Shown one piece after another: positions 35,714 through 44,556 of a DNA stretch of 64,000 bases (within the stretch, counting starts at the first letter, position 1; each line of letters begins with the position of its first letter). Position numbers and translations under genes: made by a program. The notes under the pieces were generated by a model. That model made no database searches. It worked only from the letters and a program-made list of their open reading frames with translations, and had not been told where the DNA came from. Source of the DNA: Candidatus Dormibacteria bacterium. Its GTDB lineage: Bacteria; Chloroflexota; Dormibacteria; Aeolococcales; Bog-877. The DNA is taken from positions 3,764-67,763 of the forward strand of contig JBOHUM010000007.1 of NCBI GenBank assembly GCA_050734515.1, read 5' to 3'.

Positions 35714-37831
35714 TCAGCTGGGCTCTCTCTCGACCCCCAGGGGCTCGGGGGCGGTCACGGCCAAGTCGAGGAATTCGACTCGGTCGCGGCCGTTGCGCTT
35801 GGCAGCGTAGAGGGCGCGATCGGCAAGATCGAGCAGGTTGCGTTCACCCCGTGAGCCCTCGGGGAAGGTCACCCCGCCCGCGCTCACCGTCACCCGGATG
35901 CGCTGCCCGTCGTCGAGCTCCACGTCCATGACCGCCACCGCGGAACGGATCTTCTCCGCCACCATCTCGGCTTCGCTGCGGCCGGTGTTGGCCATCACCA
36001 CGACGAACTCCTCGCCACCGTAGCGGGCGGCCAGGTCGGAGCGGCGGATCGTCTCCAGCATCAGGCTGGCGAACTTTCGAAGCACCCGGTCCCCGGCGGG
36101 ATGGCCGTAGGTGTCATTGACCATCTTGAAGTGATCCAGGTCGAGCATCAGCACCGAGAGGTTGGCGCTGGCACGCTCAGCGACGTTGACCTGCTGGTCC
36201 AGGTAGCCCACCAAGAAGCGGTAGTTGTAGAGGCCGGTCATGGCGTCGGTGGTGGCCTCACGCTGAGTGGCGGCGAGACGCAGGCTCTTCTCCACCGCCA
36301 TCACCACCTGGTCGGCGACTGTCTTGCAGAGGGTGTTGTCCTCTTCCAGGTAGGGGCTGCGCTTGTTGCCCACCAGCAGCAGTCCCAGGTCGCGATCCTC
36401 CGAGCGCAGCGGCTCGGCGAGGCAGTTGCGCAACCCCAGCTGCTCCTCCACCGGTCCGCGCTCCTCTGGTGCCAGGTGGGTGCGCACCAAGAATCGGGGT
36501 TCGCGGATCAGGCGTCCCAATACCCCCTGGCCGCTCTCGAGCTCCGACCAGGTGGGCAGCGGCTCGGGCACACCGGCGGCGATCATGAAGCTGCGCGGTA
36601 TCTGGGCTTGGGCGCGGAGCAGGATCATGGCCACGTCGGCCTCGAGCAGATCGATCAGGCTGCGCAGCACCTGATTCAGCGTCTGCTCCAGGGGCGCATT
36701 GCCGGTGAGGGTGGAGGCGATCACGGTGCGCCCGGTGGCAATCAGCAGCTGGCGGCGAAGGTGCCGTCGCATGATGTCAAAGTTGGCAGCGAGGCGGCTG
36801 ACCTCTTCGGCGCCGCCCACCGCGACCGGGGCCGCGTAGGCGTCCTGAGCCAGGCGCTGGACGGCAACGTCCAGCCGACGCAGCGGCCGGTTGAGGTAGT
36901 GCTCCACCAAGAGGAAGACCACCACCATCCCCAGGAGCAGGACCCCGGCCACGGCCAGGGCCAGGGGCAGCGCCAGCTGCCCAATGGTGGGCCCGACCTT
37001 GACCCGGGACTCGACCAGCAGCAGCTGGGCCGCAACCCGCCCGTCCGGGGAGAGCAGTCGCTGGGCGGCGACGGCGTAGTCGCCACCATGGATGGTGGCC
37101 GTGCTCGCCCGACTCGAACTCAGGGCCGGGAGCAGCGCCTTGGGGAGCGCAGCACCAGCCCGATAGTGGCGCCCGGCCACCTGGGCGGAGGTGGTGAGCC
37201 GGCCCTGGGCCACCAGCAGCAGGTGGGCGCTGGCGCCATGGCCCTGGAGCAGCTGCTGGACGAAGTCCAGCACCGCTGTCGAGACGGGGGTGGTTACCAG
37301 CACCCGGCCGCCGCCGGCGCCGGGGATCAGAGCCGCCCCCAACCCCTGCACCGGCCCAGCCACCCCTCGGACGAAGTAGTCGCGGCGGTGGCCTCGCGAG
37401 CAAGCCGGGTTGCGCACTGAGGCCGGCGGGTTGGGGGCGGACGCGGGCAGGTGGGCGAGCTCCTGGCCGGCACCGCCGACCACGTAGAGGTACTGCCCCG
37501 ACCCCAGGGCCGCCTGCTCCGGCTGCAGGGCCGCGGCCAGGCTGGCGCCTCCCGCCGTGAGTGCCCCGGAGGTGCTGGGCAGCCTGGCCACGTCGCAGGC
37601 CAGCTGCTGGGAGACCGCGGCGGTCTCCAGCCTGACCAGGGCCGCCGCCAGCCGGGAATCGCCCGCCCCCGACGCCACCGACTGCTGGGTGCCCGCCTGG
37701 CGCGTCTGCAGCCAGGCCACCGCGCCCGCCGCCGCCGCCGTCGCCAGCCCCACCACCAGCAACACCAGGGCGAACTGCGAGGTGAAAGAGCGCCGGCGGA
37801 CCCGACGCCGGCCGTTGGCTTGGCTGGTCAC
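35714..37831 (-). CDS. Membrane sensor diguanylate cyclase (periplasmic domain, HAMP, GAF, GGDEF)
   Basis: The GGDEF domain has a GGEEF active site and an RxxD I-site (RRSD) 5 residues upstream. Two TM helices, a HAMP-like linker and a GAF-like region are present. Start uncertain: I use GTG 37831. The track start 38020 would leave only 11 nt to the divergent gene and adds a low-complexity N-terminus. Confidence 0.8.
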   Translation of the reverse strand: MTSQANGRRRVRRRSFTSQFALVLLVVGLATAAAAGAVAWLQTRQAGTQQSVASGAGDSRLAAALVRLETAAVSQQLACDVARLPSTSGALTAGGASLAAALQPEQAALGSGQYLYVVGGAGQELAHLPASAPNPPASVRNPACSRGHRRDYFVRGVAGPVQGLGAALIPGAGGGRVLVTTPVSTAVLDFVQQLLQGHGASAHLLLVAQGRLTTSAQVAGRHYRAGAALPKALLPALSSSRASTATIHGGDYAVAAQRLLSPDGRVAAQLLLVESRVKVGPTIGQLALPLALAVAGVLLLGMVVVFLLVEHYLNRPLRRLDVAVQRLAQDAYAAPVAVGGAEEVSRLAANFDIMRRHLRRQLLIATGRTVIASTLTGNAPLEQTLNQVLRSLIDLLEADVAMILLRAQAQIPRSFMIAAGVPEPLPTWSELESGQGVLGRLIREPRFLVRTHLAPEERGPVEEQLGLRNCLAEPLRSEDRDLGLLLVGNKRSPYLEEDNTLCKTVADQVVMAVEKSLRLAATQREATTDAMTGLYNYRFLVGYLDQQVNVAERASANLSVLMLDLDHFKMVNDTYGHPAGDRVLRKFASLMLETIRRSDLAARYGGEEFVVVMANTGRSEAEMVAEKIRSAVAVMDVELDDGQRIRVTVSAGGVTFPEGSRGERNLLDLADRALYAAKRNGRDRVEFLDLAVTAPEPLGVEREPS

Positions 37832-37924
37832 TGTTGCTTGCTCGCCCCAGGTGATCCGGGTTTGCCCGGCTCGGGGCCCACGAACCTTGGGTCCGGGCGG
37901 CCGGCCTGGACCGCCAGCGCCTGG

Positions 37925-37953
37925 CTGCCATCTCGCGGCACCGGGCCTATGAT
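37925..37953 (+). promoter_or_regulatory. Candidate promoter for the 38032 gene
   Basis: CTGCCA (37925-37930), a 17-nt spacer, then TATGAT (37948-37953), about 80 nt upstream of ATG 38032. Confidence 0.3.
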
Positions 37954-38031
37954 GTCTCCCACCGTAGCCGCCCCGATTCCGAGGTGGGGTCGAAGCCGGT
38001 AGCGATGGGGTGACACCCACCGAACGGTCTT

Positions 38032-38685
38032 ATGACACATGGTCGGCGGCCGATTGCAGCGAGGTGCCAGCTCTTGCCGGAGGTTGTGGTCTCCTTCCTC
38101 GACGGGGAGGTCCTCTATGGGGAGTTACCCCAGCTGCACATGGACGACCCCTTCCTCGACCTCGACCTTCACACCCTGGACGGCAACGCCCGCCAGGCCC
38201 TGATCCCGGTCAGCGCCGTGCGCCAGATCGACGTCACCCGAGCGGATCCCCCGCCCCCGGCCGACCAGCTGCGCGGCCTGGCCCGGGTCGCCCTTCACTT
38301 CCTCGACGGCCAGGTCCTGCGTGCCCACGTGGTCAACCCCGCCACCCTGCAGCGCTTCGGCTCGATCTGGGATATCGTCGACGCCCAGAGCGGCGAGCAC
38401 AAGGTGACGGCAGTGCCCTACACCGCCCTCAAGGCAGCCTTCTACGTCCGCCGCTGGGACACGCGGCCACCGGTGGAGCGGGGAAGCTCGGTGGCCTCGG
38501 CCCAGGCCAACCAGCGCCGCCGCCTGGCCGAGCTCCAGGCCAAGCGCAACCGCGAGAACCTGAAGCGCCGGCTGCCCCGAACCGGCTCCCGGCTGCTGGG
38601 CCGGGGCGAGCCCAGCGAGCCCCCCGGTCCCCGCCGCCGCGGGCGGGGGGAGCAGCCTTCCCCAGAGGGCACGCCCTCCCCGTGA
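38032..38685 (+). CDS. Hypothetical protein with two tandem copies of a roughly 55-aa beta-rich module and a basic, disordered tail
   Basis: 217 aa. There is an internal duplication: VVVSFLDGEVLYGEL...ALIPVSAVRQIDV versus VALHFLDGQVLRAHV...TAVPYTALKAAFYV. The C-terminal tail is RRRLAELQAKRNRENLKRRL followed by a P/G/R-rich end. Its stop overlaps the epimerase GTG as GTGA. Confidence 0.6.
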   Translation: MTHGRRPIAARCQLLPEVVVSFLDGEVLYGELPQLHMDDPFLDLDLHTLDGNARQALIPVSAVRQIDVTRADPPPPADQLRGLARVALHFLDGQVLRAHVVNPATLQRFGSIWDIVDAQSGEHKVTAVPYTALKAAFYVRRWDTRPPVERGSSVASAQANQRRRLAELQAKRNRENLKRRLPRTGSRLLGRGEPSEPPGPRRRGRGEQPSPEGTPSP

Positions 38686-39638
38686 GGGTCCTGGTCACCG
38701 GTGGCGCGGGGTTCATCGGCAGCCACCTGAGCAAACGGCTCCTCGGCACCGGCCATGACCTGGCGGTGATCGACGACCTCAGCCGGGGCCGCCGGGAGCA
38801 GGTCCCGGCGGGGAGCCGCTTCTATCGGGCGGACGTGGCAAGCCCTGAGGCGGAGCGGGCGCTGCGGGAGGAGCGCCCCGAGGTGATCATGCATCTGGCC
38901 GCCCAGATCGACGTGCGCCGCTCCGTCCAGGAGCCCCTCTTCGATGCCCGGGTCAACATCGAGGGCACGGTCCGGCTCCTCTCCGCCGCCGTGGCCGCGG
39001 GCAGCCGGCGCTTCCTCCTGGTCTCGTCGGGAGGCGCCGTCTACGGCGACACCGAGCAGCTCCCCACCCCGGAGGACCATCCCCTGCGGCCCTCGTCGCC
39101 CTATGGCGCCGCCAAGGCGGCCGCCGAGCACTACCTGAGCGCCTTCGCCGCTTCCTTCGGGATCGAGGTGGTGGTACTCCGCCCGGGCAACGTCTACGGT
39201 CCCGGCCAGGATCCCCACGGCGAGGCCGGGGTGGTGGCGATCTTCGCCGCCCAGCTGCTGGCGGGAAAGGCTCCCACCATCAATGGCGACGGGCTGCAGA
39301 CCCGCGACTACGTCTTCGTCGACGACGTGGTCAAGGCCGCCCTGGCGGCCTTGGAGGGCCCCGCCGGGACCTACAACCTGGGCAGCGGCCAGGAGAGCTC
39401 CGTGGTGACGGTGGAGGGGCTGCTGCGAGCGGCGCTGGCGGAGCTGCTACCCCCCGGGGGCCCCCCGCTGCCCGAGGCCAGCCACGGCCCGGCCAAGGCG
39501 GGCGAGCAGCGGCGCAGCGCCCTGGACTGCGGCCGGGCGCGGCGGCAACTGGGCTGGGAGCCTGAGGTGGGGCTGGCCGAGGGCCTGCGCCGGACCGCCG
39601 CCGACTTCGCCGCCGGGGCTACTTGTAGCGGAAGGTGA
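38682..39638 (+). CDS. NAD-dependent epimerase/dehydratase (UDP-glucose 4-epimerase-like extended SDR)
   Basis: [14 protein letters not shown] Rossmann motif and a catalytic YGAAK motif. Start at GTG 38682. The track ORF from 38010 is over-extended. Confidence 0.82.
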   Translation: MRVLVTGGAGFIGSHLSKRLLGTGHDLAVIDDLSRGRREQVPAGSRFYRADVASPEAERALREERPEVIMHLAAQIDVRRSVQEPLFDARVNIEGTVRLLSAAVAAGSRRFLLVSSGGAVYGDTEQLPTPEDHPLRPSSPYGAAKAAAEHYLSAFAASFGIEVVVLRPGNVYGPGQDPHGEAGVVAIFAAQLLAGKAPTINGDGLQTRDYVFVDDVVKAALAALEGPAGTYNLGSGQESSVVTVEGLLRAALAELLPPGGPPLPEASHGPAKAGEQRRSALDCGRARRQLGWEPEVGLAEGLRRTAADFAAGATCSGR

Positions 39639-39900
39639 TCCGGCCCCGGGTCAGGTCGTAGGGGCTGAGCTCGACCTTGACCTTGTCCCCGATCAGGGTG
39701 CGGATGTAGTGCTTGCGCATCTTTCCGGAGATGTAGGCCAGCACCGTCTGCCCGGTCTGGAGCTCGACCCGGAACTGGGCGTTGGGGAGAGGCTCCACCA
39801 CCGTGCCCTCGATCTCGATGGTCTCCTCCTTCCTCTCCTCGACCGGAGTGGGCCGGGAGACGCGGGGGCGGGACGGGCCGCGGCGGGTACGGCCCCGCAT
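39619..39900 (-). CDS. infA: Translation initiation factor IF-1 homolog with an Arg-rich N-terminal extension
   Basis: The C-terminal 66 aa, [66 protein letters not shown], is canonical IF-1. The only ATG (39900) adds [27 protein letters not shown]. Start uncertain (see findings). Confidence 0.8.
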   Translation of the reverse strand: MRGRTRRGPSRPRVSRPTPVEERKEETIEIEGTVVEPLPNAQFRVELQTGQTVLAYISGKMRKHYIRTLIGDKVKVELSPYDLTRGRITFRYK

Positions 39901-39971
39901 CGGTCGTCTGGCCAAAGGACCACCTCCAAGTGGGATGGGGCGCGGGACCTGAGGCCCCGGCGGAGAACTGG

Positions 39972-39977
39972 ATTGTA
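39972..39977 (-). promoter_or_regulatory. Candidate -10 box (TACAAT) upstream of infA
   Basis: The reverse strand reads TACAAT about 70 nt upstream of ATG 39900, in the 98-nt gap after the FAH-family gene. No -35 element. Confidence 0.2.
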
Positions 39978-39998
39978 TGCCGTGGCCGAGTTCGCCGC

Positions 39999-41030
39999 CT
40001 AACCCGCCCGGGCCACCCCCGCCCCCCCGCCCCGGTGTCGGGGGCCGACCACGTGCACCAGGCGGCCGGCGCCCTCGAGCTCGCACTCGATCCGGTCGCC
40101 AGGCTCCAGGAGCCGGCCCCGCTCCTGGCCGCTGCCCCCGGTGACGGTGCCGCTGGCCAGCACCTCGCCCGGCTCCAAGGGCTCAGCCCCGGAGGCGTAG
40201 GCGACCATCTCGGCGAAGGTCCAGCGCGCCGCCCCCAGGGCCGCGTCGGCCACCAGCTCCCCGTTGAGGTAGGCGCGGGCCCGCAGCTCGGCGGGGTCGG
40301 GGAGCTCGTCCGCCGTCACCAGCCAGGGACCGAGCCCGGAGGCGAAGTCCTTGGCCTTGGCCGGCCCCAGCCGCACCTTCATCTCCTCGGCCTGGACGTC
40401 GCGGGCCGAGAAGTCGCAGAAGACGGCGTAGCCGGCGATGGCCGCCGCCGCCTGGTCCAGGTCGAGGTCGCGACCGCCGCTGAGCAAGATGCAAGCCACC
40501 TCCAGCTCGTAGTCCAGAGCGTCGGTGTAGGCCGGCCAGGGCACCTCCGCCCCCGGGGCGAGGAGGGTGGCCGGGTTGCCCTTGTAGTAGACCGGGCGCC
40601 GGTACCAGGCGTCCGGCACCGGCTCCCCCCGGCGGGCGGCGCCGGCGGCGACGTGGCCCTCGAAGGCGTAGAAGTCGCGCAGCAGCGGGGGCCTGAGTAG
40701 CGGCAGACGCTCCACCTCGGCGGCCTGCCAGCTGATCCGCGCCCCCGAGGGCGACTGGGCCTCGGGCGCCAGAGCAGCACCCAGGCGCAGCGCCTCCGCC
40801 GCCAGCTCCAGGCCCCGGCGGCCGCCCCGGAGCATGGCGGTGAGGTCGGCAGGGAAGGTGGCCCTGGCCCAGCCCTGGGGATCGCCGGAGCCCTGGTCGG
40901 CCCACCAGGCCTCGCCGGCGGCGGTCAGGTCCACCAGCCGGGGAGTGCCCGAGGCCGGGTCGGCGATCTCCGCCACCACCCGCGGGGCCAGACCCAGCGG
41001 CCCCCTAACCCCTACGGTCGCCAGTCGCAC
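39999..41030 (-). CDS. Fumarylacetoacetate hydrolase family protein
   Basis: 343 aa with an FAH-fold C-terminal region (DYELEVA..., [13 protein letters not shown]). It lies directly downstream of homogentisate dioxygenase. Confidence 0.75.
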   Translation of the reverse strand: MRLATVGVRGPLGLAPRVVAEIADPASGTPRLVDLTAAGEAWWADQGSGDPQGWARATFPADLTAMLRGGRRGLELAAEALRLGAALAPEAQSPSGARISWQAAEVERLPLLRPPLLRDFYAFEGHVAAGAARRGEPVPDAWYRRPVYYKGNPATLLAPGAEVPWPAYTDALDYELEVACILLSGGRDLDLDQAAAAIAGYAVFCDFSARDVQAEEMKVRLGPAKAKDFASGLGPWLVTADELPDPAELRARAYLNGELVADAALGAARWTFAEMVAYASGAEPLEPGEVLASGTVTGGSGQERGRLLEPGDRIECELEGAGRLVHVVGPRHRGGGAGVARAG

Positions 41031-41038
41031 GGCTCGGC

Positions 41039-42178
41039 TCAGTCGTCGTCGATCTGGGGCATCCAGGACTCGGCGTACTCGACGATCTCGGCCGCTACCG
41101 CGCCCGCCAGGGGCCGCAGGGGATGGACCGCGTCGATCATCACCGCCACCTCATCGTGGTGGGTCTTGGTCTGCTCCCGGTCGCGCTTGACCGCCTTGGG
41201 CTGGGGCCCATGGTGGATACCCTGGGGGTGCCAGGTCAGCATCCCGGCGTCGATCCCGGCCCTGCTCATGAACTGGCCGGCGTGGTAGAAGAGCACCTCG
41301 TCGTAGTCGATGTTGCGATGGTAGAAGGGCAGTCGCACCGCCCCGGGGTCGTCGATCCCTTCGACCCGCCGGGGGGTGAAGGTGCAGAGCACGAAACCCG
41401 AGGTGCGCAGGGTGGTGTGCACCGAGGGCGGCAGGTGGTAGCGGCCCGAGGTGACGGGGCGGATGTCGGCGACGTTGAGGGCGAAGGCGCTCAGGTCGCC
41501 CTTCCAACCCACGGTGTCGATGGGGTCGAAGGGATAGAAGACCCTGGTCCACTCGCCCTCGCGCTCGATCACCAGCTCCCACTCCCCGCTGGCGTTGGCC
41601 GGCCCCGGCTCGAGGGGCAGCTCGGGCAGCCGCAGCACCGCCCGGTCGTAGGGTGAGTGCTGGCCCATCCGGTCGGAGGGCGGGAGCTCGGGCATCTCCT
41701 GGGAGGCGATCACCAGCAGGAAGCTCTCCTCCCCCGAGGGGAAGATCCGGTGGGTGGTGCCCCGGGGCAGCACCAGGTAGTCCCCCTGGCGGTAGCTGAG
41801 CGCACCGAAGTCGGTCGCGAGCCGTCCCTGGCCGCGGTGGACGAAGTAGATCAGATCGCTGTCGGCGTTGCGGAAGGCGTGGGGCATGGCCTGGGTCCGA
41901 CGCGAGAGCTGCAGGCGCACGTCCTGGTTGCCCAGCACCGGGACCACTGCGGCCCCGGGGTCCTGGGCGTCTGGGGCCGCCACCCGGCGCAGGTCGTAGG
42001 CCCGAGGCCGGAGCGGGCCCTCGATGCGCAGCCACTCGGTGGGCGCGTGCTGGTGGTAGAGGTGGGAGGCGGGACCGAAGAAGCCGTGCCGGCCGAACTC
42101 CTCCTCGTAGGTCCCTTCCGGGAGGTCGCAGTGGGCCTGGTGGCTGTACCGGCCCCGGGATTGAGGGAACATCCGCAT
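41039..42178 (-). CDS. hmgA: Homogentisate 1,2-dioxygenase
   Basis: 379 aa with HGD-like sequence (YEEEFGRHGFFGPASHLYH..., FYHRNIDYDEVLFYHAG). ATG 42178 is preceded by CAGGAGG. Confidence 0.78.
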   Translation of the reverse strand: MRMFPQSRGRYSHQAHCDLPEGTYEEEFGRHGFFGPASHLYHQHAPTEWLRIEGPLRPRAYDLRRVAAPDAQDPGAAVVPVLGNQDVRLQLSRRTQAMPHAFRNADSDLIYFVHRGQGRLATDFGALSYRQGDYLVLPRGTTHRIFPSGEESFLLVIASQEMPELPPSDRMGQHSPYDRAVLRLPELPLEPGPANASGEWELVIEREGEWTRVFYPFDPIDTVGWKGDLSAFALNVADIRPVTSGRYHLPPSVHTTLRTSGFVLCTFTPRRVEGIDDPGAVRLPFYHRNIDYDEVLFYHAGQFMSRAGIDAGMLTWHPQGIHHGPQPKAVKRDREQTKTHHDEVAVMIDAVHPLRPLAGAVAAEIVEYAESWMPQIDDD

Positions 42179-42277
42179 CTGCCTCCTGAGGGCCGCGCTC
42201 GCTGCCCGCGCCGCGCCACTTGGCAGTTTGACAGGCCGGGACCGCGCTCCCCGCCGCCGGGGCCGTAGCCAGGCCGG

Positions 42278-43390
42278 CTAGCCGGCCTGGAAGGTGATGA
42301 CCGTCTTGATGTCGTCTCCCTGGCGGGCGAAGGCCTGGGCGTAGTCGGGGGCCGGCACTCTGCGGGTGATGATGTGGTCGAGCACCCCGGGCCAGCGCCT
42401 CACCGCCGCTCCCAGCATCCGGGCGGCCCCCTGGAAGTGGCGCCGGTTGGCGTTGACGGTGCCGAAGACCAGCTTGTTGCCCAGCACCATGTCCAGGTTG
42501 AGGGCGTCCGAGTCGACGGTCACGGTCCGCGCCCCGGCGGTGACCGAGCTGAGACAGCAGACCCCGTCGTGGCCAGTGGCGGCGATGGCGGCCATGGCCA
42601 CCGCCGAGACCCCAGTCGCCTCGAAGATCAAGTCCAGGTGACCCAGCTCCGCGCCCAGACCGGCGATGGGGTGCTGGTCGGCGTCCAGCAGGGTGGCGCC
42701 GATGGCCTTGGCCACCGCCGCCGCCGGCGAGTCCGCCGCCCCCTTAGCCACCAGGAAGACCTTGAGATCGCGCAGGCGCAGGAAGACCGCCGCCAGCAGG
42801 CCGATCGCCCCGGCGCCGCACACCAGGGCCTGGCGGGGCTCCCAGGGCATCCGCGCCCGCTGGATGGTGAAGGCCTGGGTCAGGCCCTTCTCGACGATGC
42901 TGCTGGGCTCCATCAGCACCCCGACCCGACTCAGGGTGGCCGGGAGCGGTATCAGGTAGTCGCTGGACTCCACGTAGCGCTCGGCCATGTAGCCATCCCG
43001 GCCCTTGATGCCGCGCTCGGTGTAGTTGCCGGTGAGGCAGTCGTCGCTCTGGCCGGCGGCGCAGGGGGCGCAGCGCTCGGGGCAGGGCCGGCGCACCGTG
43101 GCGACCACTAGCTGTCCCGTCTCCAGCTCGCTGCCGGCCGGCGCTGACACCACCCGGCCCAGGTTCTCGTGGCCCAGCACCAGCCGGTCCTGCCCGGGGG
43201 GCGCGGCCCCATAGCCCTGGTCGGCGATCTCCAAGTCGGTGCCGCAGACGCCGACCTCGACCACGGCCACCTCCACCGGCTCCCCGGGGCGGCCATCGGC
43301 GCTCTCCACCATCCCGGTGCCCGAGGGCTGGGCAATCTCTGCCAGCCGCACGCTGCCCTGCTTTCCCGGAGTGGTGACGATGGCTTGCAA
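42278..43390 (-). CDS. Zn-dependent MDR dehydrogenase, glucose 1-dehydrogenase-like
   Basis: 370 aa with VGVCGTDLEI and LVLGHENLGRV zinc-ligand motifs, a structural-Zn Cys cluster (CPERCAPCAAGQSDDC) and GAGAIG Rossmann. Confidence 0.7.
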   Translation of the reverse strand: MQAIVTTPGKQGSVRLAEIAQPSGTGMVESADGRPGEPVEVAVVEVGVCGTDLEIADQGYGAAPPGQDRLVLGHENLGRVVSAPAGSELETGQLVVATVRRPCPERCAPCAAGQSDDCLTGNYTERGIKGRDGYMAERYVESSDYLIPLPATLSRVGVLMEPSSIVEKGLTQAFTIQRARMPWEPRQALVCGAGAIGLLAAVFLRLRDLKVFLVAKGAADSPAAAVAKAIGATLLDADQHPIAGLGAELGHLDLIFEATGVSAVAMAAIAATGHDGVCCLSSVTAGARTVTVDSDALNLDMVLGNKLVFGTVNANRRHFQGAARMLGAAVRRWPGVLDHIITRRVPAPDYAQAFARQGDDIKTVITFQAG

Positions 43391-43430
43391 TGGGACTCCT
43401 CCTGCTTCAGGGCTGATCAGGCGGCTCGGA

Positions 43431-44405
43431 CTACCGGTCCGGGGCCAGGGTCACGCCGGTCAGGTGCAGCGGACGGCGGATGGCCAGATACACCCCGGTC
43501 CCCACCAGCGTGATCACACCCCGGTCGAAGGCGCGGGTGAGCAGGGCGATCGCCGCCGCCAGCGGCACCGCCGCGCCGAAGGCGGCCAGGAGCAAGGTCA
43601 TCGATCCCTCGTAGGCGCCGATCCCGCCGGGCAGCAGGCTGATGCCGCCGACCAGGTGCGAGATGGCATACACGAAGGCCGCCTGATAGACGCCCAGCTC
43701 CACCCCGACGCTGCGGACGGTGAAGTAGAACATGGCGATCGCCACCGCCGCCGCCAGCAAGCCGATCAGCGCTGGTCCCATCGAGCTGGGCCGGCGGGCG
43801 ATGAAGATCACGTCGCGGTGCAGCGCCTCCAGGTCGCGGCGGTAGCGGCGGATCCAGGGCACCTTGGTGGCGATGGCCAAGGCCACCCCGAAGGCGCGCG
43901 GCCAGAGCAGGATCACCGAGATCGCCACGATGCCAACCAGGGCGATCACCACCGCCGCCTGGGCTCCGGGGAAGCGCCGGGCGCCGGGGACGGCGGCGGC
44001 GATCAGGCCGATGGGGTAGAGCAGCTCCTGGACGACGATGGTGGCGGCGACCTCGCCCAGGCGCACCTTGGTGTGCTGGCGCAGCAAGAAGGCCCGGCTC
44101 AGCTCACCCAGGGGCAGGATCGCCAGGGGCTGGCCGGCTAGGTAGATCAGGGTGGTCTCCCGGGTGCCGTGATCGAGCTTGAGCGGCTTGAGGAAGAGGT
44201 GCCACTGCCAGCCCTTGATCACGTAGTAGCCCACCGCGAGCACCAGGATCAGGGGCAGGTAGGCGAGGTGGAAGTGGGAGAAAGCTTCGCCCAGCTCCCC
44301 GGGACGGACGTACAGCACCAGCAGCCCCAGGATCACCAGGCTGATCAGGGCCGGGATCACCCGGCGCAGGCTGGGAAAGTGGCGACCGCGGACAGCCCAA
44401 GACAT
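43431..44405 (-). CDS. Flippase-like / LPG-synthase-TM family (UPF0104) integral membrane protein
   Basis: Start re-called to ATG 44405 (MSWAVRGRHFPSLRRVIPALISL...). About 8 hydrophobic helices. The family call is by overall resemblance only. Confidence 0.55.
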   Translation of the reverse strand: MSWAVRGRHFPSLRRVIPALISLVILGLLVLYVRPGELGEAFSHFHLAYLPLILVLAVGYYVIKGWQWHLFLKPLKLDHGTRETTLIYLAGQPLAILPLGELSRAFLLRQHTKVRLGEVAATIVVQELLYPIGLIAAAVPGARRFPGAQAAVVIALVGIVAISVILLWPRAFGVALAIATKVPWIRRYRRDLEALHRDVIFIARRPSSMGPALIGLLAAAVAIAMFYFTVRSVGVELGVYQAAFVYAISHLVGGISLLPGGIGAYEGSMTLLLAAFGAAVPLAAAIALLTRAFDRGVITLVGTGVYLAIRRPLHLTGVTLAPDR

Positions 44406-44421
44406 CTCAGGCTCACAATAA

Positions 44422-44452
44422 CCGCCCCGCCTCCGCCCCGCCTCCGCCCCGG
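44422..44452. repeat. 11-nt tandem repeat CCGCCCCGCCT, about 2.8 copies
   Basis: CCGCCCCGCCT at 44422-44432, CCGCCCCGCCT at 44433-44443 and CCGCCCCGG at 44444-44452. It lies in the divergent intergenic region. Confidence 0.8.
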
Positions 44453-44497
44453 CTCCCAACTCGGCGCCCAGGGCTGTCAGTTCCAGCGGCGTGCCGG

Positions 44498-44503
44498 TAT
44501 ACT
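44498..44503 (+). promoter_or_regulatory. Candidate -10 box (TATACT) for the ABC ATPase genes
   Basis: TATACT lies downstream of the track start GTG 44491 and about 55 nt upstream of the proposed TTG 44557. Confidence 0.25.
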
Positions 44504-44556
44504 CCGGGAACAATTGGCGGCGGGGCCACCTCGCCGCCCAGTCGAGACTGGAAATA

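Noticed and set aside
38032-38130. PilZ-domain assignment for the tandem-module protein (RRPIAAR and DGEVLYG).
   Set aside because: Both motifs miss the canonical PilZ spacing (RxxxR; D/NxSxxG) by one residue and lack the Ser. The link to c-di-GMP therefore rests only on gene neighbourhood.
42215-42235. TTGGCAGT-TTGACAGG tandem half-sites between the dehydrogenase gene and hmgA, considered as a possible HmgR-type operator or + strand -35.
   Set aside because: No downstream + strand gene exists. It is a single occurrence with no palindromic partner. I cannot relate it to a known operator consensus from memory.
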